64,000 nt of DNA from Octopus sinensis. Its lineage: Eukaryota. Positions 1-10,715 of the stretch are shown piece after piece. Within the stretch, counting starts at the first letter, position 1. Each line of letters starts with the position of its first letter. Position numbers and translations under genes: made by a program. The notes under the pieces were generated by a model, which worked only from the letters and a program-made list of their open reading frames with translations, had not been told where the DNA came from and made no database searches. The stretch is from the NCBI RefSeq assembly GCF_006345805.1, contig NC_043008.1:57536001-57600000 (forward strand), in the 5' to 3' direction.

Positions 1-1108
1 GTAGTTGATCCAGGCCATACTGAGGCCTTTCTTCTTTCTGCGGCTGTCTTCAGTTATGGCTTTATTGATCATTATTTGATCTTTACAGCCATATGAGCCC
101 TTGCAGAATCCCTTCTGCTCTTCTGGAAACGGGTTGTTTTATTCCAGATGCTTGCTCAATCTTTGCGATATTATTGCAGTAAAGGCTTTGTACATTGTAG
201 GGAGACAGGTTATAGGTCTGTAGTTTTGTGGTTTTGTCATTTCATTGGATTTGGGAATTAAGATAGTTTTCCCTTTCATGAGCCATTCAGGCATTGTCTC
301 TGGCTCTGCTAGTATGTTGTTAAAGTTTTCAACCAGCTTTTTGTGTATTCCTGTCAGATATTTTAACCAGAAGTTGGAGATCTTGTCGTGCCAAGTTACT
401 TAGTCTTTGCAATGCCTGGGTGACCTCTTCAGTTGTTATAGGGGTCCAGAGTTGCCCAGATGCTAAGTTTGTTATTTTAATACTCCTTTTTTTTGGCTGT
501 TCGTTCGCCGACCATATTTCTCTCCAGAATTCTTCCAATTCTTCTGCCGTTGGTGCTGCAGTGACTTCTATTTTATTTTTGCCCAGTTCTTGGTAGAACT
601 TTTTGGGGTTGGAGTTGAACTTTTTGTTTTGTTCAAAGAAGCATTGGCGTTTCCCGTACCGGCGGATCCTTTGAGCTTTGGCAAGGATATCTTGCTTCAG
701 CTTTTCTTTTATCTCCGGCAAATCTTTTTCTGTGATGTTATATTTGCGGAGTATTTTTGTTGCTCAGTAGCGTTGATTGTTTGCTGATTTCATTAAGAAT
801 CGACAGATCTTTTCTCATTTTTTGTATTTTGTTTTGGATGTTATTTATCCACAGGGTTTGTTTGGGTGGTGGTACTCCTGTTTGGATGGGTTTGAGTGAG
901 TATCCAGCTTCTTTTGAGGCTGCAGTGGCTGCTGCGTATATTAAGTCATTTAGCTCAGTGATATCGCTTTTTGTTTCAGTGGCTATTAGTTCCGTGACGG
1001 CTAGGTTTATGCTGTTTATAATTGGTGTTGTTGTTTCGTCTATTTTGATTCATTGGTCCATTCTGAGACCTGTGGTTTTCAGTTCTTTAATTATTTTCAT
1101 TTTTATAG
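1..1108 (-). mobile_element. Decayed R4/Dong-like non-LTR retrotransposon, RT N-terminal part; runs off the window start
   Basis: The minus strand reads ...NYRPITCLPTMYKAFTAIISQR...EQKGFCKGSYGCKDQIMINKAI...GLSMAWINY (RT motifs) and ILAKAQRIRRY...QNKKFNSNPKKFYQEL...EEFWREIWS, typical of RLE-type LINEs. Stops and frameshifts are present. Confidence 0.75.
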
Positions 1109-1110
1109 TA

Positions 1111-2248
1111 CAGTCAACTTTCGCTACTATGCCACCCTGCGGGACTGAGCCAAAGTGGCATAGTACCGAGGGTCTGTTATCTAAACACTACATAACCAAA
1201 AATTTACTGAACATACGAATAAAAATTCATAGGGTGGGAAGTAAGGCCAATAAGAAGTTCAATGCAATGGTAAAAAGAAGACATCCAAGTTTATTAAGTT
1301 CAGATTGCTTTTAGTTAATCCCGAAGCTCTCAAAAATTGTCAGCTGACGCATCTTCTTTCGGCGGATTTCATTCATTTCGTTGTCTAGCCTATCACACGC
1401 CTGCATGACGCTGGGTTTTCCGCTGCTCTGCTGCTGCATAAACTTTCGGATAGTGCTCCATGCTCTCTGGGCATCTGCAAACGAAACGTATTCCTCTTCC
1501 GCAATTACCTCATTGTCTTCACTTTCCACCGGCTCTTCGTTATGCATTACTTCTTTTGCTATTTCTTCTAGAGTATAGTTGGTATGAGTTATAGATGAGT
1601 ATACTTGGTATGAGATTATAGATGAGTATCTATTTCTTCTAGAGTGAAAGATCCTCCAGTTACGAGAAAATCAAACAGCTCAATTGTTTCGTTCTCATGT
1701 GTCTTTTCCTCGAGAGGTAAAGCTTTCCAGATCTCGAGCAGCTCAGCATCCTCTGGCTCTATTTGTATTTCCTCTTCAATAAACTTGGCTTTCGCGAAGC
1801 AGTTCTTAATCGTCAATTCACTGACCTGCTCCCATGCACGCCGAGCAATGTGCAGAGTGTCGAGCAATGTAAATTTAAACTCGTTTCCTTCATCCATGGC
1901 TTCGAGACGGTGGGACAGCAAGAGCTTTTTGTAATGGTGCTTAAGATTTTGTATGATTCCTTGATCCATTGGTTGGGAATTTGCTGTTGTGTTGGGCGGA
2001 AAGAAGAGCATTTGGATGTTGTCCAAGTGGACGTCAGAAGGGTGACCAGAGAAGTTATCGAGACAGAGCAACACTTTGCGGTTTTGCTGCCCGAGTTGTC
2101 CGTCCCACGTTTGTAACATTTCTTCAAAAATTTCTGCTGTCATCCACGCCTTCAAATTAGCCTTGTACTTCACAGGGATCTTTGTTCTTAAACGCACTAG
2201 GTTGCTTGGAATTTCCGATCACCAGAAGAGGTAGCTTCTCACTGCCGC
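1111..2248 (-). mobile_element. Truncated Tigger/pogo DNA transposon (DDE_1 transposase remnant) interrupting the R4-like LINE
   Basis: TA|CAGTCAACTTTCGC end at 1109-1124. ORF 1616-2197 contains KAWMT, LLCLDNFSGH, FFPPNTT..QPMDQGII..LK..Y and CFAKA. The C-terminal RQLTIFESF is in ORF 1311-1547. Confidence 0.88.
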
Positions 2249-2680
2249 TTAAGTTTGCTCTGACCAAAAGAGTGATTCTTTGCTTGCTTTTCTTTCCCCT
2301 GTTCTATTTCTGATATTTTTTTTTGCGTTGAGAATATATCTTCGTATGTTAGCTAGTTTATTAGGGTTCATTGCTGTATCCAAGTCTTTATATGTATGTG
2401 TTATTGTGTTTTCGTTCTTTGGGTAGAACACTGCTGTAAAGTAAGCATGTAGGATTGAAATATATTCCTCACATGTCCATTTATGCCTTTTTGGTTTTAT
2501 TTGTGGGACATGAGGAACAACATCTGGGCCTTTATTTTGACGGTCATCATTTTCGTAGGGTACCGGTTTGTTCATTTCTGTTGTTAAATTGTTTTGCACG
2601 TGTAGTTTTTCATACTTTTTGCATAACAAGTTTAAAGTACGCACTTCCCAATTGTTATACTTGGGTCGAATAATACCGGT
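2249..2680 (-). mobile_element. 5' portion of the same R4/Dong-like LINE
   Basis: RHKWTCEEYISILHAYF...NPNKLANIRRYIL resembles the N-terminal region of R4-type ORFs, in the same orientation as 1-1108. Confidence 0.55.
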
Positions 2681-2892
2681 ATCATTTCATCATCATCATT
2701 GTTCGACCCTGGTCAAGACTATGAAATTTACTATGTTACGCCAGACTTCACGGTCCATCATAACATTACTGAGGTCCTGTTGCTGGATGCCTGTATCCCT
2801 GGAGATTACATCAGGGTAGGAGAGTGTGCACCCTCTGGAATCTTGAGCAGATGGCTTCCAGAGGAGAAGTGTAGAAATTGCCTCGTTTTCAG
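2681..2892 (-). mobile_element. 3' end of an RTE/RTEX-like LINE with a (GAT)n tail
   Basis: The minus strand reads ENEAISTLLLWKPSAQDSRGCTLSYPDVISRDTGIQQQDLSNVMMDREVWRNIV, followed by ATGATGATG. This is the typical RTE C-terminus. Confidence 0.75.
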
Positions 2893-2919
2893 GGTACTAG
2901 TAGCGTAGACTGGACCTGG

Positions 2920-3035
2920 TTTGCGCAGACGCGTGTCCGCGCTAGCCAGACGTAGGTAGTTGATCCTACGAGCCGACTGGCGCATGCGCGATATATACTT
3001 GTATCGCACGTGCGCGATACATATTTGTTTGCGGT
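2920..3035. repeat. GC-rich palindromes and hairpins, a candidate viral terminal hairpin remnant
   Basis: CGTAGG-tagttgat-CCTACG, GCGCATGCGC, and TGTATCGC-acgtgc-GCGATACA with the alternative pairing GCGATATA-tact-TGTATCGC. CpG-rich next to very AT-rich DNA. Confidence 0.55.
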
Positions 3036-3315
3036 CAACATAAAATACTATTTTACAGATTAAAATAAATGAATTACTATTTTACAGAATAAAATTAATG
3101 AATTAATTATATAAATTAAATAATTCTTGAAAATTAATTAATATTAATATCTTTTGAACAAAGTAAATAATTTTTTAAACTTAAATAATAATTTTTTTTA
3201 CATAAACGTAACACAAACTTATATAATTTTTACGCGAACGTATATAATTTCTGAAACTTAATTATTTTTTTTTTACAGACATATATAATTTGTTAAACTT
3301 AATGAATTAATTTCT

Positions 3316-4200
3316 TCACACAAATATATAAATAGATTTGAAAACCTTCATTGAAACTTCTGTACTTGCATATTTGCTTGGATCGAATTCCCAGACCATA
3401 TTCTCAAATTTTTGTTTGAATGGCATTGTTAACGTACGTAGCTTAACACATTCGAGCACTTTCTTCATGATGTTATCATACTGTGCGTGACTTATAGCGC
3501 GCATAAAATTCTCGTTGTTAGGCCTATTTAACCAGTAAGATTTCATATCTTGTTCTGATTTAAATGATTTGTTGGTGTAGATATAAGTCAAATAATTAAA
3601 CAAATAAAGTGTTGTTCCTGACTTAGATTTGAAGCATGGTTCGTCGTTATCAATCTTAGTTTTCTCTTTTTCGCTTTCTTTATGTACGTTTGTTGGTTTA
3701 GGTATGTACTCTTTCGTACACCAATGACTGAATTCGCAGTTCAATTCATTCGAACCATGAATCAGTAGTAGTCGTGGTGGTTGACAGAAGTAATTCGCCA
3801 TTGCACTCGGAAATTTTACATTTTGTGCATCCGGTATATATCTTTTTAAATTCGTTGCCTTCTTGTATAGTATTCTTATATATTTCAAAACTTGGTTTTC
3901 TCCTGGTCTTATTTCATCGTTCCATATGATATGGAAATGATTATAAGTATTCCATTCCTTGTTACTGCAACCTGCTGCTTCTGCTTTGTGAAATATTACT
4001 GTGGCCTTATGTATCTTAATAAAATTCAATATCTTCTCATTACAATTAGTTTGTACTCCGTTTTTGAATTCTCCTGTTTCTATATTATGGTCGTTAACAC
4101 ATATTTCATCTTGTAGTATTGGTTCGCTATTGTACACCCACGAGAAATCATCTTCATTAATCCATGGGAATATTAGCATATACATCTTCCTTCCTCTCAT
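3316..4200 (-). CDS. Parvovirus NS1/Rep-like HUH endonuclease without an SF3 helicase (294 aa from ATG 4200; 312 aa if spliced to the leader exon)
   Basis: HUH motif NHFHIIW, catalytic-Tyr-like ANYFCQPPR, and a pre-helicase-like segment KYASTEVSMKVF before the stop. No Walker A motif. The ORF is intact. Confidence 0.75.
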   Translation of the reverse strand: MRGRKMYMLIFPWINEDDFSWVYNSEPILQDEICVNDHNIETGEFKNGVQTNCNEKILNFIKIHKATVIFHKAEAAGCSNKEWNTYNHFHIIWNDEIRPGENQVLKYIRILYKKATNLKRYIPDAQNVKFPSAMANYFCQPPRLLLIHGSNELNCEFSHWCTKEYIPKPTNVHKESEKEKTKIDNDEPCFKSKSGTTLYLFNYLTYIYTNKSFKSEQDMKSYWLNRPNNENFMRAISHAQYDNIMKKVLECVKLRTLTMPFKQKFENMVWEFDPSKYASTEVSMKVFKSIYIFV

Positions 4201-4248
4201 CTGTAATGACAAAATTCGTATAGTAATTATTCATTAACGGTGAGCCAC

Positions 4249-5811
4249 TTATCCTGACCCGACTGTCGTTGTAGTATAATTATGAATACCCATCGGCCAT
4301 TTACATAGATGTGTCTTAGAAGAATTTTGTATGACGCCAGCAGTACTATTCCATACTTGGAATCCTGCAGTCTGTGGACTACCAGATATATATTCGAAGT
4401 CTATCTCTGAATTATATGTTATCGTTACCATGAAACTTATTTTCGATGGGTTATCCCCAGAATCTAGTATCGGTATCGAATCTAATGTTGCTATTGGTGG
4501 AGGATTAGATGGGTTAATAGGCATTTGCGTTAAATGTGTTCTACCTATATTCTCTTTGTCTGCCACTTTGTTAACTCCTAACATTTTACTCCATTTCCCA
4601 TTTTTTGTTGGCGCCCATAAATCATAACTACCATACGTATATGTATTAACGTCTGCTGGTAGCCCATCTTTTGATTTAATTGTAGGTGGTTCGTATGTAG
4701 TATCATATGCATAATAATTCATACCATTGAACCAACTAGGAGTTCTATTAATCCATTGATATCCAGCTGTCTCACCACTATATAAGAATTGTAAATCGCC
4801 CGTATTCAAAACACATAACAATTGTTGTGCATTCATTGTCTGTGATGTAGTTGTAGGTTTAGTGAATCCATTATATTCCCACCAATCCTTTCTGCACTTT
4901 CTTGTTGTCTCTACATGACTTAATAATCCCTCTGTTCTTGTAATAGGACAATTATGTTCAAAATTGTTATTAACATTCCTAGTAGTATATGTTGCTGTTG
5001 GAAACAAAGCATACTTATTATCGACGTAATGTATCATATATGGTCTTGTATTAAATGTTGTACTTGTTGTTGTTGTTCCTTGTACTGTACCTAATTCATC
5101 TGATAACGGTACTATGTTAGATATCTTATAACCACATGATTTCACTCTGAAGTTATTACATGGTGACATATATGTTTCTAACTCTGCATTTGTCATGCTA
5201 GCTTTCAAATTACCATATGGTATATATACACATCTATGTTTTATTGTTAACTTTAGATATGCATCTTCCGCACTAGTAGTAATAAATGTAACTTCGTCTT
5301 GTGGTGTATCGAAACAGTTTATATAATGTATAAACGTTCTTGAGAATTTTTTACTTACAATAGGATTTTGATCTCCTATTCCTGGTGGTTGATCACCAGT
5401 TGCTAATGCTGCCGAACCTCCTGGAGCAGGTCCTACGTGTGGGTCTCCCATATCTATGTCTTGACTTCCTATCCCACTATCTTGTGTTCCTCCTGCTTCT
5501 ACTAAATCTTTATCCGATATATACTCCGCTCCCTTTTCAGCTTGATCTTGTTCGGTTTTCCTTTTTTTATTATATGGTGGTATTATCCAGTTCTTAGTTT
5601 TTATAATATTACTAACGACATACGATGTCAACCCTCCAACTCTATCAGAACACTCGATTAATTGTTTATCTGCTTCTAGTTTGCTAATTTCATTAGCACC
5701 ATAAGCTATATCGTGTTCTCTGCAACAATTATCCAAATCATTAACTGGTTCCCTCTCTAGATCTTTAGTATAAGGTCCACAATAATTATAACCAGGTATA
5801 TGTAAAGGCAT
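4249..5811 (-). CDS. Parvovirus-like capsid protein VP1 with an N-terminal phospholipase A2 (520 aa)
   Basis: PGYNYCGP (Ca-binding loop), DNCCREHDIAY (HDxxY), KKRK NLS and a Gly-rich linker. Jelly-roll segments MTNAELETYM..NFRVKSCGYKISNI, YVDNKYALFP, FLYSGE and NPPPI parallel AAV-type FSPRDWQRL..FRPKRLNFKLFNI, FTDSEYQLPY, MLRTGN and HPPPQ. Confidence 0.92.
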   Translation of the reverse strand: MPLHIPGYNYCGPYTKDLEREPVNDLDNCCREHDIAYGANEISKLEADKQLIECSDRVGGLTSYVVSNIIKTKNWIIPPYNKKRKTEQDQAEKGAEYISDKDLVEAGGTQDSGIGSQDIDMGDPHVGPAPGGSAALATGDQPPGIGDQNPIVSKKFSRTFIHYINCFDTPQDEVTFITTSAEDAYLKLTIKHRCVYIPYGNLKASMTNAELETYMSPCNNFRVKSCGYKISNIVPLSDELGTVQGTTTTSTTFNTRPYMIHYVDNKYALFPTATYTTRNVNNNFEHNCPITRTEGLLSHVETTRKCRKDWWEYNGFTKPTTTSQTMNAQQLLCVLNTGDLQFLYSGETAGYQWINRTPSWFNGMNYYAYDTTYEPPTIKSKDGLPADVNTYTYGSYDLWAPTKNGKWSKMLGVNKVADKENIGRTHLTQMPINPSNPPPIATLDSIPILDSGDNPSKISFMVTITYNSEIDFEYISGSPQTAGFQVWNSTAGVIQNSSKTHLCKWPMGIHNYTTTTVGSG

Positions 5812-5821
5812 GTCTACTCAC

Positions 5822-5875
5822 TTTTAACTTGCTGAGCATATCTGCATCACGTAGCTTCAAATCTTCGTAATTCAT
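5822..5875 (-). CDS. Putative Rep leader exon MNYEDLKLRDADMLSKLK
   Basis: ATG at 5875, then 18 codons, then AAAA|GTGAGT (donor GT at 5821-5820). It is phase 0 and in frame with the ttttgtcattacAG|ATG acceptor at 4201. Confidence 0.55.
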
Positions 5876-5924
5876 CTTTCTTTCTTAGTTGAGGGTTAGA
5901 CGTCATTCTCTCTGGGCTTCCAGT

Positions 5925-6075
5925 AAATAATGACAGTTATTTCTGGCGCCCAGGACTATTTATATCTTTCTTTTCCCGCGTATCAGTATCATATTACATC
6001 ACGTGATCAGCACGTCTGAGCACGTTTTGTTCTAGAATACCACGTCATCAAATATATATCTCTTCTCTGATTGGT
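5925..6075 (-). promoter_or_regulatory. Putative viral Pol II promoter
   Basis: On the minus strand: CCAAT (~6074-6070), ATF/CRE-like TGACGTGG (6047-6040), E-box CACGTG (6000-6005), TATAAATA (5964-5957) and Inr-like TCATT at 5933-5929. Confidence 0.6.
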
Positions 6076-6098
6076 CAATATATGTTAGTTCAAATAGT

Positions 6099-8095
6099 TC
6101 AAATATTCAGCTGGGTGTCTGGAACTTCTAGGTTTTATTTCAAAGCCCTTACCAGAAATGGTATCAACTGATATACGTAGCACATAGTCAGCGACAATGA
6201 TGAAGAGAAACGGGGCGAGTGTGTCTCCCTGCAGTAGTCTGGCTTTGATTGAGAAAGATGATGTTTCTCTATCAGGGTTGAAGACGTATCTGTGTAGAGG
6301 ACCTTGATAGCAGAGATGATTTTGTCTGGAATCCCATAGAGCTTAAGGATTTCAAACTTCTTGTACCTATCTACAGAGTCGAACGCTTTAGAAAAGTCTA
6401 CAAACACCATTGCGAGATCGCGATTTTGATTCTTCAATGAGTCTGCGTAGGCATAGTATTTAGCTCAACATTGAGCGCCCATGTCTGAATCCATTTTGGT
6501 TCTTTCAGAGCAAAGGTTCAACAAAAGGGACGAGACAGTTTAGAATCAGCTTGTTGTACAATTTTGCAGCAATTGACATTAGAGATATACCCCTGTAGTT
6601 GGTGATGAGGGATAAATTGCCTTTTTGGGGTATTGGGATGATTTGAGATTGGTGCCAAATCTTTGGAGCTATAAAAGTGGAAAGTGTGTGATTGCAAAGA
6701 TTGAGCGAAAGTACGTGAAATCTATCATCCTTCTAAATTATAGCTGGGATGTTGTCAGGACCAAATGCTTTCGAGGCTTTCAGTTGTTTAGTGGCTGCTG
6801 TTAGTTCAAATATGGTAAAAGGGGAGGTGTTGATGTCCAGCGTATCTGATATAGGCACACTTGGAAGAGTGGGGTTATCAGGGATTTTGGCATTCTTTCC
6901 AAGAAGGTTTTTAAAATGAGTTGACCAATTTTCTAAATGCTTCTTAGCTGATCCCCCTATTGATTCTAATTGATGACCCAGAATATTTGCCTGATAGGTC
7001 TTTGATGGATTTCCAGGCAAGATGGTGTTTTTTACTAATATGCTCTTTGGATAGTTTGCTAGTTTTGCCGTTGATAAAGTCAACCTCAGCGTTCAAGTAA
7101 GCATCATCAAGATTCTTCTTGGCAGTTATGAGTTGGATCTTCAGTGTCTAGGATGGAGAACGGTGGTAAGCTAGTGATATATACTTTAGATGGTTTCTGG
7201 CTTCAATGACATTTGGAGAATTAGGTTTGCTCTGGCCCCTACTCTTCTTTTTGGGAAGAGTAGCCAGTGCAACTTCCTATGTTGATTTGATGAGGCTACT
7301 GTAAACTTCTTCAATGTTATCAGCATCTATTTCAGAAGTAGACAAAGATTGAAATTTGTTATAGACCTCAATAGTAAATTGCTTGGACATATCGGGGTTA
7401 GACGAGAATTCTTTCCAGTCGATCAGTTTCATCGGATGAGGCTTAACTTTTTTGGATAAGTGAAAACTAAGCTTAACAGTAGCTGATACAATTCTGTGGT
7501 CGAAAAATGAGGTAGTCAATTTGTGCCCTGTCACCAGATAGCTACTTGAATGTCCAAAGTTGTCCTTTTGGTTTCATAAAATAATTGTTGGAGGTGTAAA
7601 GATTAAATTCCTCTAAAAAGTCTTTGAGCATTTCCCCATTCCAATTAGTTTTAGAGTTGAAAGTAAACTTGGTCTCATCGGGTCCTAGTTTAGCATTCAG
7701 ATCACCAGCTATAACTAGAAAATTATGGAGAGGTACTTGCTCAATGGTTGAACAAAGAGTTGTATAAAAATCCTCAATCTCATCTGCCACAGACGAATTA
7801 TGTGGGCTATACATGTATACTAATGTTGTTTTCGGATTTCCATCTATCTCGAGCACCATAATTCTGGGCAAGATTGACTCTATACTCAAGAGAGTATCAC
7901 TAGCTTTTGATGAAAGTAGAAAGCCGATACCTCCAACTGTTGAATTAACAGTATTCTTTGATGCTGAAGAGGTTACAAATTGATAAGAACCGACTTGATG
8001 GTATTTGAGGATGTCGTCAGGGTGGTAGAATCGGTTTTCTTGGACAGCTATTATATCAATGCTGTGTGATTCTGCATTTGCACGAAGTTCTTCTA
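6099..8095 (-). mobile_element. Decayed RTE/RTEX-like LINE (APE endonuclease plus RT up to just before the catalytic motif)
   Basis: IIAVQE, YSPHNSS, IAGDLNAKLG, DHRIV, KAFGPDNIP, NYRGISLMSIAAKLYNKL, QNGF, VFVDFSKAFDSV and LQGDTLAPFLFII...RHPAEYL. Many stops. Confidence 0.88.
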
Positions 8096-8403
8096 TATTT
8101 CATTTAATTTGCCACAAGGGCAGCACACAGAGAGAAGCTTGCGGGCTGGACGCAGACATTAATGGGATGAATGATAATAATGCAAGGATGATAAGGATGG
8201 GAGAAGACGAAAAGCACCCGCCGACTTTCACTTCTCTAAAACATTGTTCTTTTTACTTTTTTATAGAAAACACAATGTCGGATACAATAACTTAACTGTT
8301 AGCAAAGTGAAATCACATGTTTTAACTAGTGTACCAACGAGATCTGGGTTCAAATTTACATTTAAATAACAATAGCTTCTCTCGGCCGGGTTAGTAACGA
8401 AAG

Positions 8404-10560
8404 GGTTAAAGCTCTCTTCAGCCACAAACATTGTTAGTCCAAAGAATTACATTACAATATAAAAAAATATGAAAAGTACATGTAGTGTGTGCTAGTGTTC
8501 CATTCCAGTTTCCTATTCAGGCTACGTTTATCTTCTATTATGTGTGTAGCTTCCGTAATTTGTCTGATTGTTGCGTCTGTTCTACGTGTGGACAAGATTT
8601 TTACTTCTATGTTGTTGATTGAACCCCCGTGTTCCTGCTTGGTGTGTTGGAGAGAACTTAAGGAAGGAAAGAGCTCATCGGTTCTGTACCAACGTTCATT
8701 TACCCACTCTCCTATACTCCATGCCATTTCTCCTACATATGTCGTTGTCTTGTTACTGCATTGTCCCTCTATACATCTTATACTATAGACTACATTTCTG
8801 GCTTAACAGTTTGTGGGCTAAATCTACACACAGTACAGTTCCTATCCGTTCAGGGGGTTCTACCAATTATGGATTTGATAGGGTTGCCTGGCCTTTCTAT
8901 GACATTAATCCTTAGCTTAAGTTTGTCTAGGGCCCTTCTAAAGCGGTACACCAGTTCACCTCTAGGGGTCGCGTTGACGAACATGACACTCTGGTATTTG
9001 TGGCTATCATACCAAGATTTGGCCTTCCCTATTTTCTTCTTTATCCCTTCAATAGTGTTCCATGACTGCTCCTATAGAGTGGGCGTTGAATCCCATTCCT
9101 ATCATTACATAAGATAGTATCAAATTTCTTCATGGCTCCTTTGTATACTCTGATCCTTTCTTTATGGCTGTAACCTGCATGCGGTGAACGAAATGTTGTA
9201 TGTGTCACTTTAACTCTGTAGGCTCGCACATGTGGGACACATTTTGCATTATTCTGACGAGGTCTGCCATCAAAATATTGAATTTGGCATTGTCCGTGAT
9301 GTCTGAGTTCCGGTGAATCAAGTATTTGGAGGCCATAGGTTTGACATAGTATGAATGAAGGATTTGGGTGTTATTATTCTCAGTTTCTAGCCAGAGTTCT
9401 GTGTCTAGTACTGGTAGTCTATGGTTAGGGTGTTTAGTAGGGTAGTCTATCGTGATCTTAATACTCTGGTGGATGGAGTTAGCTATTTGCTGAATGCTCT
9501 CCATAGTATTAGTTTCTATATCAATATTACTCTCTTGTGGGGGGTGCCTTTACCACTATGTTGATATCATTAACATAGCAAGAGTACATGTTCACGAGTA
9601 TGGAGTTCTGTGTTAGGCGTTCCTTAAACCTTCTGTCCACCATACTATGAAAAGGTTGACCACGTCACCGGCGATACTAACGTTGATGGCTGTCCCCTCG
9701 TCCTGGGCATATATTTTATTGTTAAACTTAAACGTGTGGCCTTTTAGGGTAACTCTTATGCTAGCTCCTAATGCATGTGCGATCATTTTCTTTACCTGAT
9801 GGACATTTGAGGGGGTCCATCTGCTCCATCTCTCTATATGGGTCTTCCTAGCCATAGAAGTAATTGTGGGTGGTCTACCTCTTAAACGTCTACTGGGGCA
9901 GAAACTACTAAGATTATGTTTATCTAAGTATTCATTATTACATGTCAGTCTAAGTAGGAGGCCCAGTTCCTCTGTGTTGACATTGCGGAACTCCACCTCG
10001 CTCTTGTTGATCATCTCCACGCACTTCTCCACCGCAAAATCTACGTTGATCGATGGGTATAGGGATACCACATCCATGCTACCCACCATATATCTTGTCA
10101 GGTCGCAAGTGTTGTTACAGTCATTGATCCTGCTGAGGAGATCAGGTGACATCCGGATTATAGGGCGTATGATCATTGAGAGGAAGTAGGAGATCCTGTA
10201 ATTGCTAGCGATATTCGCTCCACAGACTGGTCTTGTTGGTGGTCCTGCTATAGGGTCAGTAATTACTTTATGGTCCTTGCAAAGTCCATACAGTGCCGGG
10301 ATATCATTGTTCCAGGCTTGGAAATTCTTTGCTGTACGTTTCTGGGGTCCCAGAACAATTGTCCACATCATCATATGGGCGTTGAGGACCTTTTCTCTCT
10401 CCTCATGTGCCTGTAAAGTTGTTATTTTTGTATTGGCGATATGAGGTTGCATTGCCTGGATGTAGTTCGGTAAGCTGTCTCTTGACATCCTGCCGGACTT
10501 ATCCGTGGGAAGGCATACCACCTCTCCGTTCCTCGTGCGCTGAATGAGCTTACGTAGGCC
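8404..10560 (-). mobile_element. Decayed Penelope-like element (RT, thumb and C-terminal GIY-YIG)
   Basis: PTDKSG, LYGLCKDHK, TRPVCG, GSMDVVSLYPSI, LPVLD, YVKPMAS, and a GIY-YIG region ending ...RQITEATHI...LNRKLEWN. Confidence 0.85.
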
Positions 10561-10715
10561 ACATGCAGGTTTAATCCCAAGTTGGGCCTCTGTCTCTTAG
10601 TGTATAGTTCTAAAATCTAAGTTTGGTCCTAGCTATAGTGAACTGTGCTTCCATATGGTCATTAGTATGGTTTGAGATGCGGAAAACGGACGTTAAATGA
10701 TGATGAATGATGCAG

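Larger units (their letters stand above)
2893..6098 (-). mobile_element. Endogenous parvovirus/densovirus-like element (promoter, capsid, Rep and hairpin end)
   Basis: Two intact co-oriented ORFs carry parvoviral PLA2/capsid and HUH motifs. The element is flanked on both sides by pieces of one RTE-like LINE. Confidence 0.88.

Noticed and set aside
757-1314. 185-aa hydrophobic ORF on the plus strand
   Set aside because: Antisense shadow of A-rich LINE coding sequence, crossing into the Tigger end.
5988-5998. TCATATTAC as a CRESS-virus origin nonanucleotide
   Set aside because: Imperfect match, no convincing flanking stem, and the proteins are parvovirus-like.
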